A stretch of DNA of 64,000 nt, from contig JBBRNJ010000004.1 of assembly GCA_038230375.1 (NCBI GenBank), positions 1 through 64,000 on the forward strand, in the 5' to 3' direction. Below are positions 10,174-19,280 of the stretch, one piece after another. This DNA comes from Polyangiales bacterium. GTDB lineage: Bacteria > Myxococcota_A > Polyangia > Polyangiales > Polyangiaceae. Each line of letters begins with the position of its first letter. Positions within the stretch are counted from its first letter, which is position 1. The notes under the pieces were generated by a model. The model was not told where the DNA came from and did no database searches. It was given only the letters and a program-made list of their open reading frames with translations. A program made the translations under genes and the position numbers.

Positions 10174-11145
10174 TCACGCGCCGATCGGGGCGGAACCCAG
10201 CCCCGAGACGTCACGCAGCTGCGCGAGCGGCTGCATGCCAAGCCGCGACTTTCTCTCGATGAGCTGGATCAGGCCGCGCGCGAGGGACGCGACGAACTCG
10301 GAGGCGAGCGAGTAGTCGTGCTCCATGAGGTCAAGGAAGCCGGCCGGCTCGCCCAGGAGCCCCTGCATCTTGGTCTCTGCGATGGCCGTGTACCAGCGCG
10401 GCTTCCGCGCGATCGTATCGACGCCCCCAACCCCGGTGCCGGGACCATATTTGAACTTCGCTCCGGTGGCGGTCTCACACGCGATGGTCCCGCGGGCCAG
10501 GATGAGCACGCTGGTCGACGCGTCGCCCAACTTCCAGAACACGTGCCCGGGCTCGTAGCGTACCTCCGTGTACTTGCGACATGCAGCGGCGACCGCGTTG
10601 ACGTTCGCGTGCATGAAGCCGCTCTGTGAGCGGAGAAAGAGGATTCGCTCCACCAGGTCCATGGGCTCAGGCGAGATGATCGGCGACGGCTCCGGCGTGC
10701 TGCCAAGGGACTCGGGAGGCAGCTCCTGGAGATCGAAATAGAGCCGTTCCGCCGTGTAACGAAGGGTCGCTTCCAGAAGCTCGAACTGATCTTCCATCAG
10801 ATCCAGAAGGACGTCCGCATCCAGCTCGAAGGCGCGCGTCTCGCCGTCGCAGGTGGCATCGTAGCTTCCTTCGGTCTGCGCCACGATGTTCAGGAAGCCG
10901 AGCGTCTGCGGCGCCGAGAGCTTTCCGAATGCCGCGCCTCCGCGCCGGAGCGTGACGCCGCCGTGGGTGATGAGATAGAGCGCGGGGACAGGGTGATTCT
11001 CGCGCATGATGCTCGTGCCGGCCGGCCAGGTGCGCGGGACGAGCGCCGCGGCGATGATCTTGAGGACGGCGGGCGAGAGCATCGCGCCAACGGGGATGGA
11101 GCGCAGATACAGGATGCGCTTCGTGAGATCGAGCGCTTCAGACAT
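10174..11145 (-). CDS. Tandem cyclic-nucleotide-binding domain protein
   Basis: Two similar halves (MDLVERILFLRS / LDLTKRILYLRS; LYLITHGGV / VLILARGTI). Start MSEALD has a GAGGA SD and overlaps the upstream stop. Confidence 0.8.
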   Translation of the reverse strand: MSEALDLTKRILYLRSIPVGAMLSPAVLKIIAAALVPRTWPAGTSIMRENHPVPALYLITHGGVTLRRGGAAFGKLSAPQTLGFLNIVAQTEGSYDATCDGETRAFELDADVLLDLMEDQFELLEATLRYTAERLYFDLQELPPESLGSTPEPSPIISPEPMDLVERILFLRSQSGFMHANVNAVAAACRKYTEVRYEPGHVFWKLGDASTSVLILARGTIACETATGAKFKYGPGTGVGGVDTIARKPRWYTAIAETKMQGLLGEPAGFLDLMEHDYSLASEFVASLARGLIQLIERKSRLGMQPLAQLRDVSGLGSAPIGA

Positions 11146-13918
11146 CGGTTCCTCTTCGCGAAAGGGCGTGGTCGTTCGCGCGGGCCGCGAGCGCCGCGCC
11201 GAGCGCGGGGTCCAGACCCAGGTCGTCGGCGCCTGCCTCATCAACGGCAAAGAGGCCGGCCTCTGCCGCGAAGAACGAGGCGACCATCTGTGTCTCTCCC
11301 TTGCGGGACGTGAGGCTCCGCATCATGGCCTGTAGATCTGCGGCGAGATCTTTGCGCGTGCGCTTCGTGATCCCCGTCTGCGGAAGCTCCTCCGCGCGCT
11401 CGAGACGCAGCGCATCGGGAGCGTCGTCGACCAGGAGGAGCACGCTCTCGCGCAGCGGCGGGACGACGATGTGCTCGATGAGCTCGCGGCTGCTCGCGCG
11501 GGTCTTTGCGCTGTGAGAGCGGAGCCCACGCTCGATCCGCGAGAAGCTCTCTTGCGGATGGATCAGGCCAAGGAACGAGCACACGCGAGAAACGGCGTTC
11601 GCTTCCCCGTCCTTCAGCATCGCCGTCAGGAGCTCGAACGTGGGCGTGTGGCGCGGATCGTCCTTCGGCACGAGCGATTCGAGCGCGAGCCTATGCGCGA
11701 GGTCGTCGAACGCGTCGCGCACGGCAGCCTCACATTCGCGGGTGATCGATGCGTCGTCGATCTTGAGCTTTGGCTCGGCGCGGCGAAGGCGATTGAGCGC
11801 GCGCGCCATGCGCGTTTGAAGCATTCCGTCGCCATTCGCGGCGGGAAGATTCTGGACGAGGATCGCGGCGGCGCCGTCGGGATCGCGCCAATGGCCCAGC
11901 GCACGTGCGACGCCCCAGCGCAGCTCTCTGGCCGCGCCGTGATCGCCGAGGATGGCGGAGAGCGCCGTGAGGGCGGGCGCGCCGATCTCGGCGAGCGCCT
12001 CGCGGGCAGCAGCGGCCTCGCGGCGCCCATCGAGCATCGAAGCGAGCAACGGGATGAAGCGCGGGCTGGCGACGCGACCTAGCGCACGCGTCGCCTCCAC
12101 GCGGACCTCGGGGTCGGGATCTTCTGCGAGCGTGACGAGCGCGTCCTCGAACACGCGCGACGGCTCGAACGCAGTCGCTCGCGCAAGGGCGCAACGGACC
12201 CCACGCGGGCCCGACATCAACGTCGCGATCTCATGCTCCGCTGCATCGCCGGTCAAGAGGCCGTGGCCCACGAGCGCTGCAAGCGCCGTCGCCCGCACCT
12301 CCGCCATGACGTCCACCGATTCGAGCAACTTTCGCAAGAATGCTTCATCGAGGATGACCGCGGTTCGCGCGCGCAGACATGCGGCGCGCACCTCCGCGTC
12401 GGGATGCTGCGCAAGGAGGCGATCTGCGATCGGAACGAAGTCGCGCCGATTCTCCGCCGTGAGGACGTCCAGCGCACGCAGGACGATCGGTTTGGACGGG
12501 TGATAGAGGACGAGCGCGGGGAGGAGGTGCCCGCGTTCTTGCGCGGCGAGGAGATCGAGCGCGCCGAGCACCTCCGGATCCTTCTGGCTGTTCAGCGCGC
12601 CGAAGAGCGCCTCGAGCGAGCTCAGATCGAGCTCCGGCAGCACACCGGCGTCATCAATGCGTCCCTCCCGCAACGTCTCGCGAAAGAGATCCAGATAGGG
12701 CTTCTTCAGCCTCACCGCGACGACCAGCCATGCGGCCGCGAGGCAGGCGATCGCGACTCCGAGCCCGCGCTCGCCACCGAAGGCGAACAGCGGCAGGAGC
12801 GCGAGCGAAGCAACGAGCTGTCCGCCGCGTTGTCCGATGAGGTCCACGAGCGACTTCGCGGGCCCGTTCGAGATCGGCACAAAAAGAAGCTCGCTCGTTG
12901 TCTTGTGGAGCGAGTGTCGCAGCGTTCCATCGACACCGCGCACGAAGAGGGCCGCTGCCAGGACGGGAACGCTGGCGACCCCGAGCGCGCCGCCAAGGAG
13001 CAGGAACGGCATGATCGCAAGCGCGCGATTGACGCCCAGCGACCGCAACAGGAACCGAACACCAACGAGCTGCGTGAGGAGCGCGAGCGTGTTGAGCGCG
13101 ATCGACACCGTGGCAAAGAAGCTGCCAAGGCGCGCAGCGGGGACGTGCGCCGCCACCGTGCTCTTGAAGAGGAAGTCACCCGCCGTGAGCGCGATGCTCG
13201 CCAGGAAGACCAGGAGCAGAACGCGCTTCTCGTAGGGCGCCGCGAGGAGCGTGCGCAGATCGCCCCTGAACGATGCGCTCGCAGGCTGAGTGGCAGCGCG
13301 GCGCGGCGGAAGCGCAACGACGGAGCCAGTGACCGTGTCCAGGCTCCGTCCAGGCCCGAGCCCCGTCAGGAGAAAGAGGAGCGCACCGGCAAGGAGCAGC
13401 TGCTCTGGAGCCAGGGCGCTCGTCATTGCGCGCGAGAGCCCCGCGCCGAGGAGTGCACCGAGCACGGCGCCAGCGCCCACGAACCCGAAGAGGCGCTTCG
13501 CCTGCGCAACGGTGAGCACGGCGCCGATCGCCGACCATAGGTTCCCGATGATCCACGCACCGAAGACGCCAGGCCAGAGGTAGAGCGCATAGAGCATCCA
13601 CAGCGGTGTGGAGTGGCTCGCGCTCATCACGATCCAGAAGCCAAGCGTGACGCACGCCCCGACAACGAGCCCAGGCGCGACGCGGTTCTTCTGTGTCCCG
13701 TCCTTCGCCGGGCGGATGCCGACACGGGCGACGATGATTGCGATGACGGCGAACATCGCGTAGACCCACACGAGCCTGCTCGCGGGGACCTTCGCGAGGA
13801 AGAGCGCGTCGCGCGCGGTCTCGAGCAGCGTGTGCGCGGCCGTCATCCCCACCAGCGCGAAGAAGGCGCTGTAGACAGTGGTCCGCTCCTCCGCACGCAT
13901 GTCCACTGCCCAGGCCAT
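11138..13918 (-). CDS. Npt/TLC-like (ATP/ADP translocase-type MFS) transporter fused to HEAT repeats
   Basis: About 12 TM helices with LLETARDALFL, QAKRLFGFVGAG and LRHSLHKTTSELLFVP, then HEAT repeats (DPDPEVRVEATRALG). The start is uncertain because it abuts the intron remnant. Confidence 0.8.
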   Translation of the reverse strand: MAWAVDMRAEERTTVYSAFFALVGMTAAHTLLETARDALFLAKVPASRLVWVYAMFAVIAIIVARVGIRPAKDGTQKNRVAPGLVVGACVTLGFWIVMSASHSTPLWMLYALYLWPGVFGAWIIGNLWSAIGAVLTVAQAKRLFGFVGAGAVLGALLGAGLSRAMTSALAPEQLLLAGALLFLLTGLGPGRSLDTVTGSVVALPPRRAATQPASASFRGDLRTLLAAPYEKRVLLLVFLASIALTAGDFLFKSTVAAHVPAARLGSFFATVSIALNTLALLTQLVGVRFLLRSLGVNRALAIMPFLLLGGALGVASVPVLAAALFVRGVDGTLRHSLHKTTSELLFVPISNGPAKSLVDLIGQRGGQLVASLALLPLFAFGGERGLGVAIACLAAAWLVVAVRLKKPYLDLFRETLREGRIDDAGVLPELDLSSLEALFGALNSQKDPEVLGALDLLAAQERGHLLPALVLYHPSKPIVLRALDVLTAENRRDFVPIADRLLAQHPDAEVRAACLRARTAVILDEAFLRKLLESVDVMAEVRATALAALVGHGLLTGDAAEHEIATLMSGPRGVRCALARATAFEPSRVFEDALVTLAEDPDPEVRVEATRALGRVASPRFIPLLASMLDGRREAAAAREALAEIGAPALTALSAILGDHGAARELRWGVARALGHWRDPDGAAAILVQNLPAANGDGMLQTRMARALNRLRRAEPKLKIDDASITRECEAAVRDAFDDLAHRLALESLVPKDDPRHTPTFELLTAMLKDGEANAVSRVCSFLGLIHPQESFSRIERGLRSHSAKTRASSRELIEHIVVPPLRESVLLLVDDAPDALRLERAEELPQTGITKRTRKDLAADLQAMMRSLTSRKGETQMVASFFAAEAGLFAVDEAGADDLGLDPALGAALAARANDHALSRRGTDV

Positions 13919-14258
13919 TGGTAGACCCTACCTTCCCTTCCGCTCTTCAGCGGACGTTTCGGTAGGGCCCCCTTTCAAACCGTGCATGCGGATTTCCCGC
14001 ACACGGCTTACCGGTGATCTCTCGGAGAAGCGGTAGTTCACGGTCTCGGGGTATTCGACGGTGCCGCGCAGGCGATGGAGCCCGAGGTTCCAGAAGTACG
14101 CTCTCGGCCAGCCCGGTGCGGAAGTAGTTCCGCGCTTCTCCTTGCACACGTGCTGCGCCCAGTAGCCCGCCGAGATCGTTTCTCTGTCGAGGCTGCAGGC
14201 TTCACTTCATGTTGCGGCCCGCGTGCTTCGATGGGTTGCCACCTGGGGTGGCGTGAAC
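13917..14258 (-). mobile_element. Internally deleted group II intron remnant (domains V and VI intact; maturase and domain I fragments)
   Basis: Domain V AAGCCGTGTGCGGGAAATCCGCATGCACGGTTT (14009-13977). Domain VI GGCCCTACC...GGTAGGGTCT-A-CC-AAT. Maturase-like remnants NYFRTG and YFWNLGLHRLRGTVEYP. The 5' boundary is a guess. Confidence 0.85.
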
Positions 14259-14316
14259 GCCGCCTTGAGATCCACGGGGTACGAGAGCGTGGCTGCGCTC
14301 TCACCAATGCTGCACG

Positions 14317-14357
14317 ACGCGACAACGTTGTCGCGTGACGCGACCATATTGTCGCGT
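14317..14357. promoter_or_regulatory. Tandem 20-bp palindromes, putative operator pair
   Basis: Perfect palindrome ACGCGACAACGTTGTCGCGT, then near-perfect ACGCGACCATATTGTCGCGT. Period is 21 bp. Confidence 0.55.
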
Positions 14358-14436
14358 GGCGGCCGCGACGCATACGCCGAAGACCGAACATGGGACAAGC
14401 AGCAGAACCAGAGGGAGAAGAAGGACGAGAATGGAT

Positions 14437-14505
14437 GCCCCCACCCGTCGCGCTGCGCGCGCCGACCTCCCCCAATTGCGCGCTACGCGCGCAAGGGGGA
14501 GGTGC
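14437..14505. repeat. REP-like palindromic element
   Basis: CCCCCACCCG...GACCTCCCCC-AA-TTGCGCGC-TAC-GCGCGCAA-GGGGGAGGT, a nested hairpin. Single copy in the window. Confidence 0.5.
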
Positions 14506-14768
14506 AGACACAAATCCCGGGGAAGGATCACGGCCGAATCCTACTGCCCGAGCCACGTCTTGCGGAGCGCGCCCGAGCTCCATGCGGAATCACTCCGAAG
14601 CCGCGAGAATGAAGGATACCTCACCGGTGAAAGCCGCGACCAAATCGCACCCATAGGACGACAGCAGCACGAAGTATCTAGGAGAGCCACTCGCTCTCCG
14701 TCGTTTTCTCGCGTTGCCTCGAGCACTGAGATGCGCAGCATTGGGCGCACGTTGCCGCGCGCAGTCCG

Positions 14769-15059
14769 TCACTCTGACGGCGCGTCGTTGCTTCCTGCGT
14801 CCGTCGTTGCTGCGGCGGGGTGCGGGCAGCTGCTGCCGTTGCAGTACTGGCTCGTGCTCTTCGTGGGGTCTGATGGACAGCAGTACGTCTCCACGCACGT
14901 GGACGGCGTGATGCACACGAGGCCGTCATTGCAGTCGTTGTGCGAGAGGCTTGCATTGCAGCGATCGCCTTCGCGGCCGCCGTCGCACGCGGGGAGGAGC
15001 GCGATGAATCCGGTGACCGCGAGGACGAGAAGGATGGTGCGCTTCATTGTGTTCTCCAT
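14769..15059 (-). CDS. Small Cys-rich lipoprotein
   Basis: GAGGAG SD; lipobox LPAC; 8 further Cys in about 45 aa; 6 nt downstream of the porin gene. Confidence 0.75.
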   Translation of the reverse strand: MENTMKRTILLVLAVTGFIALLPACDGGREGDRCNASLSHNDCNDGLVCITPSTCVETYCCPSDPTKSTSQYCNGSSCPHPAAATTDAGSNDAPSE

Positions 15060-15065
15060 GGCTCC

Positions 15066-16475
15066 TCAGAACCTGACCAGCATGGCGGCGATCACGCGCG
15101 TGTCGGACTTGACCAGATCGGGCCGCCAGCCGAGCGGGCTCGCGGTGCTCGTGTAGCCGTCTGGCGACGTCACGCCACCATGGCCGGCGAAGAACGGCTC
15201 CGCGGACTCACGGTGATTGAACTCCAGGTCGAACGTGATCTGCTCGCTCGGCATGTACTGGAAGCCGGTGGAGTAATCGAACGCGTCGAACTTGGTCCCG
15301 GCGCTCGTGTCAAACGGCCCTGTCGCCGCCTGCACACCCAGCGGCTGCGGCGTCAGCGGGTTCGCGTTGCCGGTTGGCGTCAGCACCAGATAGCGCCCTG
15401 GGTTGTGCATCAGGCCGCCGCCCACGTTCCACGCGAGCTTCCCGTCGAATAACCAGATGCGGTTGTAGGCCATCGCGCTCATGAAGTTCTGATCGCATGG
15501 CGTCTTCACCGTGCAGTTGCCCTCCGTGCCCGAGCCGCCCCACGGCGTGACGCCGTTGCCCTGCTCGCCGCCGATGTCGGCAGTGACGGAGAACGCGGCG
15601 CGCTTGATGATCGCGTCGTTCGGCGTGTTGAGGTAGCGAAGGTTGATGCTGTTGTCGGAGTGGAAACGCACCCGCCCTGGGCTGTTCTGCGTGTCCCAGC
15701 CCAGGTAGTCGTTCGAGAGGACCGAGAGCCACTCGAACGGGCGATAGTTCGTCTGCGCGCCGAAGCCCGGCATCTCGTTGAACTTGCCATAGGTCTGCCA
15801 GCCGTTGATCAGCCACGGCTCGATCTTCAGCTTGTCGGACGTGAAGATCTGCAGACGAATGCCATTGAAGAACCACGGCGTATTGTCCGACGTGAACGAC
15901 GGCAGGTACATCCAGTTCTCGAAGTTGTCATACGAGAACAGGCCCACGTACGACATGAAGATGCCGGCATCCAGGTTGATGCCGTTCAGCACGTCGAAGT
16001 GATAGCCGCCATACGCCTCGCTCACGTAGCGGAGCGCCGTCTGCAGATCGAACTGGCCGCGGTTCGTGCTGACGTCGTTTCGCGGAACGAGCGTGGAGCG
16101 CACACCGAACTGCGTCATCAGGCGCGCACGCACGCCCTCGTAGTGGAAGTCGCCGCCGAAGCCCAGGAACGCGAGCGTGAACTCGTTGTCACGCGAGAGC
16201 GCAGTGGAGCCGACCACCGTGTGGTCGATCGGGCGATTCGTGCTCGCCGTGTAGTTCACGTCCAGCAAGAACTCCGGCGTGAAATACGGCGTGTCGAGGA
16301 TCGCCTTGTGCTGGCGGTTGTTGCCGTTCATCCACGTGAAGTCACCAAACGCGAACGGCTCTGCGGCCTTCTCCTTCGCAGGCGCGGGCGTGGCCGCCGC
16401 GGGCTCTTCAGCCGCAACGACGCGCGGCAGAGGTATGGCGCAGGCAACGATCAGGAGGACGTGCGAAGGCTTCAT
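15066..16475 (-). CDS. Outer-membrane beta-barrel porin (BBP2/DUF3138-like, often kdp-linked)
   Basis: Signal peptide, amphipathic strands, DAGIFMSYVG, SDNTPWFFNG, INGWQ and C-terminal Phe. Start moved to MKPSHVLL. Confidence 0.8.
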   Translation of the reverse strand: MKPSHVLLIVACAIPLPRVVAAEEPAAATPAPAKEKAAEPFAFGDFTWMNGNNRQHKAILDTPYFTPEFLLDVNYTASTNRPIDHTVVGSTALSRDNEFTLAFLGFGGDFHYEGVRARLMTQFGVRSTLVPRNDVSTNRGQFDLQTALRYVSEAYGGYHFDVLNGINLDAGIFMSYVGLFSYDNFENWMYLPSFTSDNTPWFFNGIRLQIFTSDKLKIEPWLINGWQTYGKFNEMPGFGAQTNYRPFEWLSVLSNDYLGWDTQNSPGRVRFHSDNSINLRYLNTPNDAIIKRAAFSVTADIGGEQGNGVTPWGGSGTEGNCTVKTPCDQNFMSAMAYNRIWLFDGKLAWNVGGGLMHNPGRYLVLTPTGNANPLTPQPLGVQAATGPFDTSAGTKFDAFDYSTGFQYMPSEQITFDLEFNHRESAEPFFAGHGGVTSPDGYTSTASPLGWRPDLVKSDTRVIAAMLVRF

Positions 16476-16625
16476 GGGCGGTTCGCCAAACGTGCCCACC
16501 GGCCGCTCAGGAAGTCGCAAAGACGAAGCTGACCCTCATCAAGAAAGGGTTAAGACGCCTCGATGCATGGGGTGAATGGCACGCTCTGCACGCACGGCGA
16601 CGGACGCGCGCGTATAGTGGCCCCC

Positions 16626-19280
16626 ATGGAGGAGAAGCGGGGCAAGCTCACAATCTTCTTCGGCGCCGCGCCCGGCGTGGGCAAGACGTACACCATGCTC
16701 GAGGCCGCCCGTGAGGAGCTCACCGAGCAGAAGCGCGACGTCGTGGTGGGCATCGTCGAGACACAAGGTCGCTACGACACCGGCGCGCTGCTGATGGGGC
16801 TCACGATCCTTCCGCGGCGCACGACGTTGGACGCCGGCGCGGAGCTCTCAGAGCTGGATCTCGCGGGCGCGCTCACGCGGCGGCCCAGCCTCATTCTGGT
16901 GGACGACCTTGCGCACACGAACGCCCCGGGCTCTCGGCACACGAAGCGATGGCAGGACGTGGAGGAGCTGCTGGCGGCGGGGATCGACGTGTTCACCACG
17001 CTGAACGTGCAGCACCTCATGAGCCTCAACGACGTGGTGCGGGAGATCACGCACGTCACCGTGGAAGAGACGGTACCCGACTCCGTATTCGACACGGCGT
17101 ACGAGGTGCGTGTGGTCGACCTGCCCGTGGACGAGCTCCTGGACCGCTTGCACGAAGGAAAGGTCTATCTGCCCGAGCAAGCAGAGCGCGCGCGCGAGCA
17201 GTTCTTCCGCGAAGGCAACCTGATCGCGCTCCGCGAGCTGTCGCTGCGTCGTACCGCGGAGCGCGTAGAAGCAAAGATGCGCGGCTACAAGGCGGCGCAC
17301 GGCATAGAGGAGACCTGGCACACGGGCGAGCGCGTGCTGGTCTGCGTCTCCCCCAGCCCGCACGCCGCCACGCTGGTGCGCGCCGCGCGCCGTATGGCGA
17401 CCAGCCTGCACGCGGAGCTGGTCGCGGTCTACGTGGAGACCCATGCGTCCATCAGGCTGTCCACGAAGGACCGCGAGCGCCTGGCCGCGCACATGCGGCT
17501 GGTGGAGTCGCTTGGTGGAGAGGCCGTCACGCTGCGCGCGGAGGATCCGGCCACGGAGACGGTGCGCTATGCGCGCAAGCGCAACGCGACGAAGATCGTC
17601 GTCGGCAAGCCAAGGCACTCACGGATTCGCGATCTGATCCGGGCTTCATTTCTCGACGATCTGGTGCGTAAGAGCCGCGAGATCGACGTCTACGTCATCT
17701 CCGGTGTGCCCACGGAGCCCGAGCGACGCGCCGACGAGAAGGAGCAGCACCGCGACCGGGCCGGCACGTCGGGCTACGCGGCCGGCGTGCTGGTCGTGTG
17801 TGTGGCGGGCGCGTTCTCGTGGCTCGTCTTCGGGCGCGGCGAGCTCACCGACGTGGTGATGGTGTTCCTGCTGGGCGTCACCCTGGTGTCGATGCGGTTC
17901 GGCTACGGACCATCGCTGGTCGCCACGGTGCTCAGCGTGCTGGCATTCGACTTCTTCTTCGTACCGCCCTACTTCAGCTTTGCCGTCACCGACCTGCACC
18001 ACATCCTCACCTTCGGCGTGATGTTCCTGGTGGCGTTCGTGGTGAGCAATCTCACGAAGCGCATCCGCGATCAGGTCGACTCCGCGCGGCAGCGGGAGCG
18101 GCGAACCGCGAGCCTGTACGCGCTCAGTCGCGAGCTCGGGCCCCTGTCCACGGAAGCAGACCTGCTCTCCGTCGCGGCCCGTCACATCCGTGATGCGTTC
18201 ACCGCAAAGGTGGCGGTCTTGATACCACAAGAGTCCGGCGGCCTTCGCGTGGCGCTCGCCGACCCAGGCACCATGGACGAGCGCGAGCGCGACATGAGCG
18301 TGTGCGACTGGGTGTCCGAGAACAAGAAGCCAGCCGGCGCGGGGACGGACACGCTGCCGTCGGCGCGGCCGCTCTGCCTCCCGCTGAAGTGGGACCGCGG
18401 TCCCGCTGGTGTGTTCGCCCTCTACGCCAGCGAGCCGGCCGGCATGCGCTCGCCAGAGGAGCTGCAGCTGCTCGGAACGTTGATGGGGCTCCTTGCCGCT
18501 GCGCTCGAGCGCGTCGTACTCGCGGAGGAGACGCGGCAGGCCCGGCTGCGCGCGGAGACCGAGCAGATGCGGAATGCGCTGCTCTCGTCGGTGTCCCACG
18601 ATCTGCGAACGCCGCTCGCCGTCGTGACGGGCGCGACCAGCACGCTGCTCTTCACTCCGCCAAAGGATGAGAGCGTGCGTCGCGAGCTCCTGGAGACCGC
18701 ACACGAGGAGGCGCAGCGGCTGAACCGCCTGGTGCGGAACCTGCTCGACATGACACGTCTCGAGGCGGGCGCGCTGAAGGTCCAGAAGAGCATGGAGCCA
18801 GTCGAGGAGGTCGTTGGCTCCGCGCTCGAACGCCTCTCCAGCAGGCTGACGGAGCGCGAGGTGAACACCAACATTCCCGCCGAGCTCCCGCTGGCTCCGT
18901 TCGACTCCGTGCTCGTGGAGCAGACCCTCATCAATCTGCTCGAGAATGCGCTGAAGTATTCGCCGGACGACACGCCCATCGCGATCTCCGCGCGCGCGAA
19001 CGAGGCCGAGATCACGGTGAGCGTGGAGGACCGCGGTCCCGGCATTGCCACGGAGCAGCGCGAGCGTATCTTCGACAAATTCTACCGCGTGCGCGAAGGC
19101 GAAGGCGGCGGCGCAGGGCTGGGGCTCACCATCTGCCGGGGCATCATCACCGCCCACGGCGGCCGCATCTGGGTCGAGGATCGCGAAGGCGGCGGCGCTG
19201 CGTTCCGCTTCACGCTGCCCCTGGGTGACGCCGAGCCCCGCTCGCAGTCCCGGCCGCAGCCAGAGGAGAGAGCACCATGA
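16626..19280 (+). CDS. kdpD: K+-sensing histidine kinase KdpD
   Basis: GKLTIFFGAAPGVGKTY, HTNAPGSRHTKRWQDVEELL, Usp domain, 4 TM helices, GAF, SHDLRTPL and HATPase boxes. Confidence 0.97.
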   Translation: MEEKRGKLTIFFGAAPGVGKTYTMLEAAREELTEQKRDVVVGIVETQGRYDTGALLMGLTILPRRTTLDAGAELSELDLAGALTRRPSLILVDDLAHTNAPGSRHTKRWQDVEELLAAGIDVFTTLNVQHLMSLNDVVREITHVTVEETVPDSVFDTAYEVRVVDLPVDELLDRLHEGKVYLPEQAERAREQFFREGNLIALRELSLRRTAERVEAKMRGYKAAHGIEETWHTGERVLVCVSPSPHAATLVRAARRMATSLHAELVAVYVETHASIRLSTKDRERLAAHMRLVESLGGEAVTLRAEDPATETVRYARKRNATKIVVGKPRHSRIRDLIRASFLDDLVRKSREIDVYVISGVPTEPERRADEKEQHRDRAGTSGYAAGVLVVCVAGAFSWLVFGRGELTDVVMVFLLGVTLVSMRFGYGPSLVATVLSVLAFDFFFVPPYFSFAVTDLHHILTFGVMFLVAFVVSNLTKRIRDQVDSARQRERRTASLYALSRELGPLSTEADLLSVAARHIRDAFTAKVAVLIPQESGGLRVALADPGTMDERERDMSVCDWVSENKKPAGAGTDTLPSARPLCLPLKWDRGPAGVFALYASEPAGMRSPEELQLLGTLMGLLAAALERVVLAEETRQARLRAETEQMRNALLSSVSHDLRTPLAVVTGATSTLLFTPPKDESVRRELLETAHEEAQRLNRLVRNLLDMTRLEAGALKVQKSMEPVEEVVGSALERLSSRLTEREVNTNIPAELPLAPFDSVLVEQTLINLLENALKYSPDDTPIAISARANEAEITVSVEDRGPGIATEQRERIFDKFYRVREGEGGGAGLGLTICRGIITAHGGRIWVEDREGGGAAFRFTLPLGDAEPRSQSRPQPEERAP

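Noticed and set aside
13928..14149. 73-aa and 66-aa ORFs as functional proteins or an active RT
   Set aside because: They are translations of maturase scraps plus intron domain V/VI RNA. No YADD or other RT core is present.
14646..14750. GTGCG motifs (minus strand, at 14650 and 14750) as the intron 5' end
   Set aside because: No recognisable intron structure links them to the remnant, and the 5-mer is common in GC-rich DNA. Not excluded, but unsupported.
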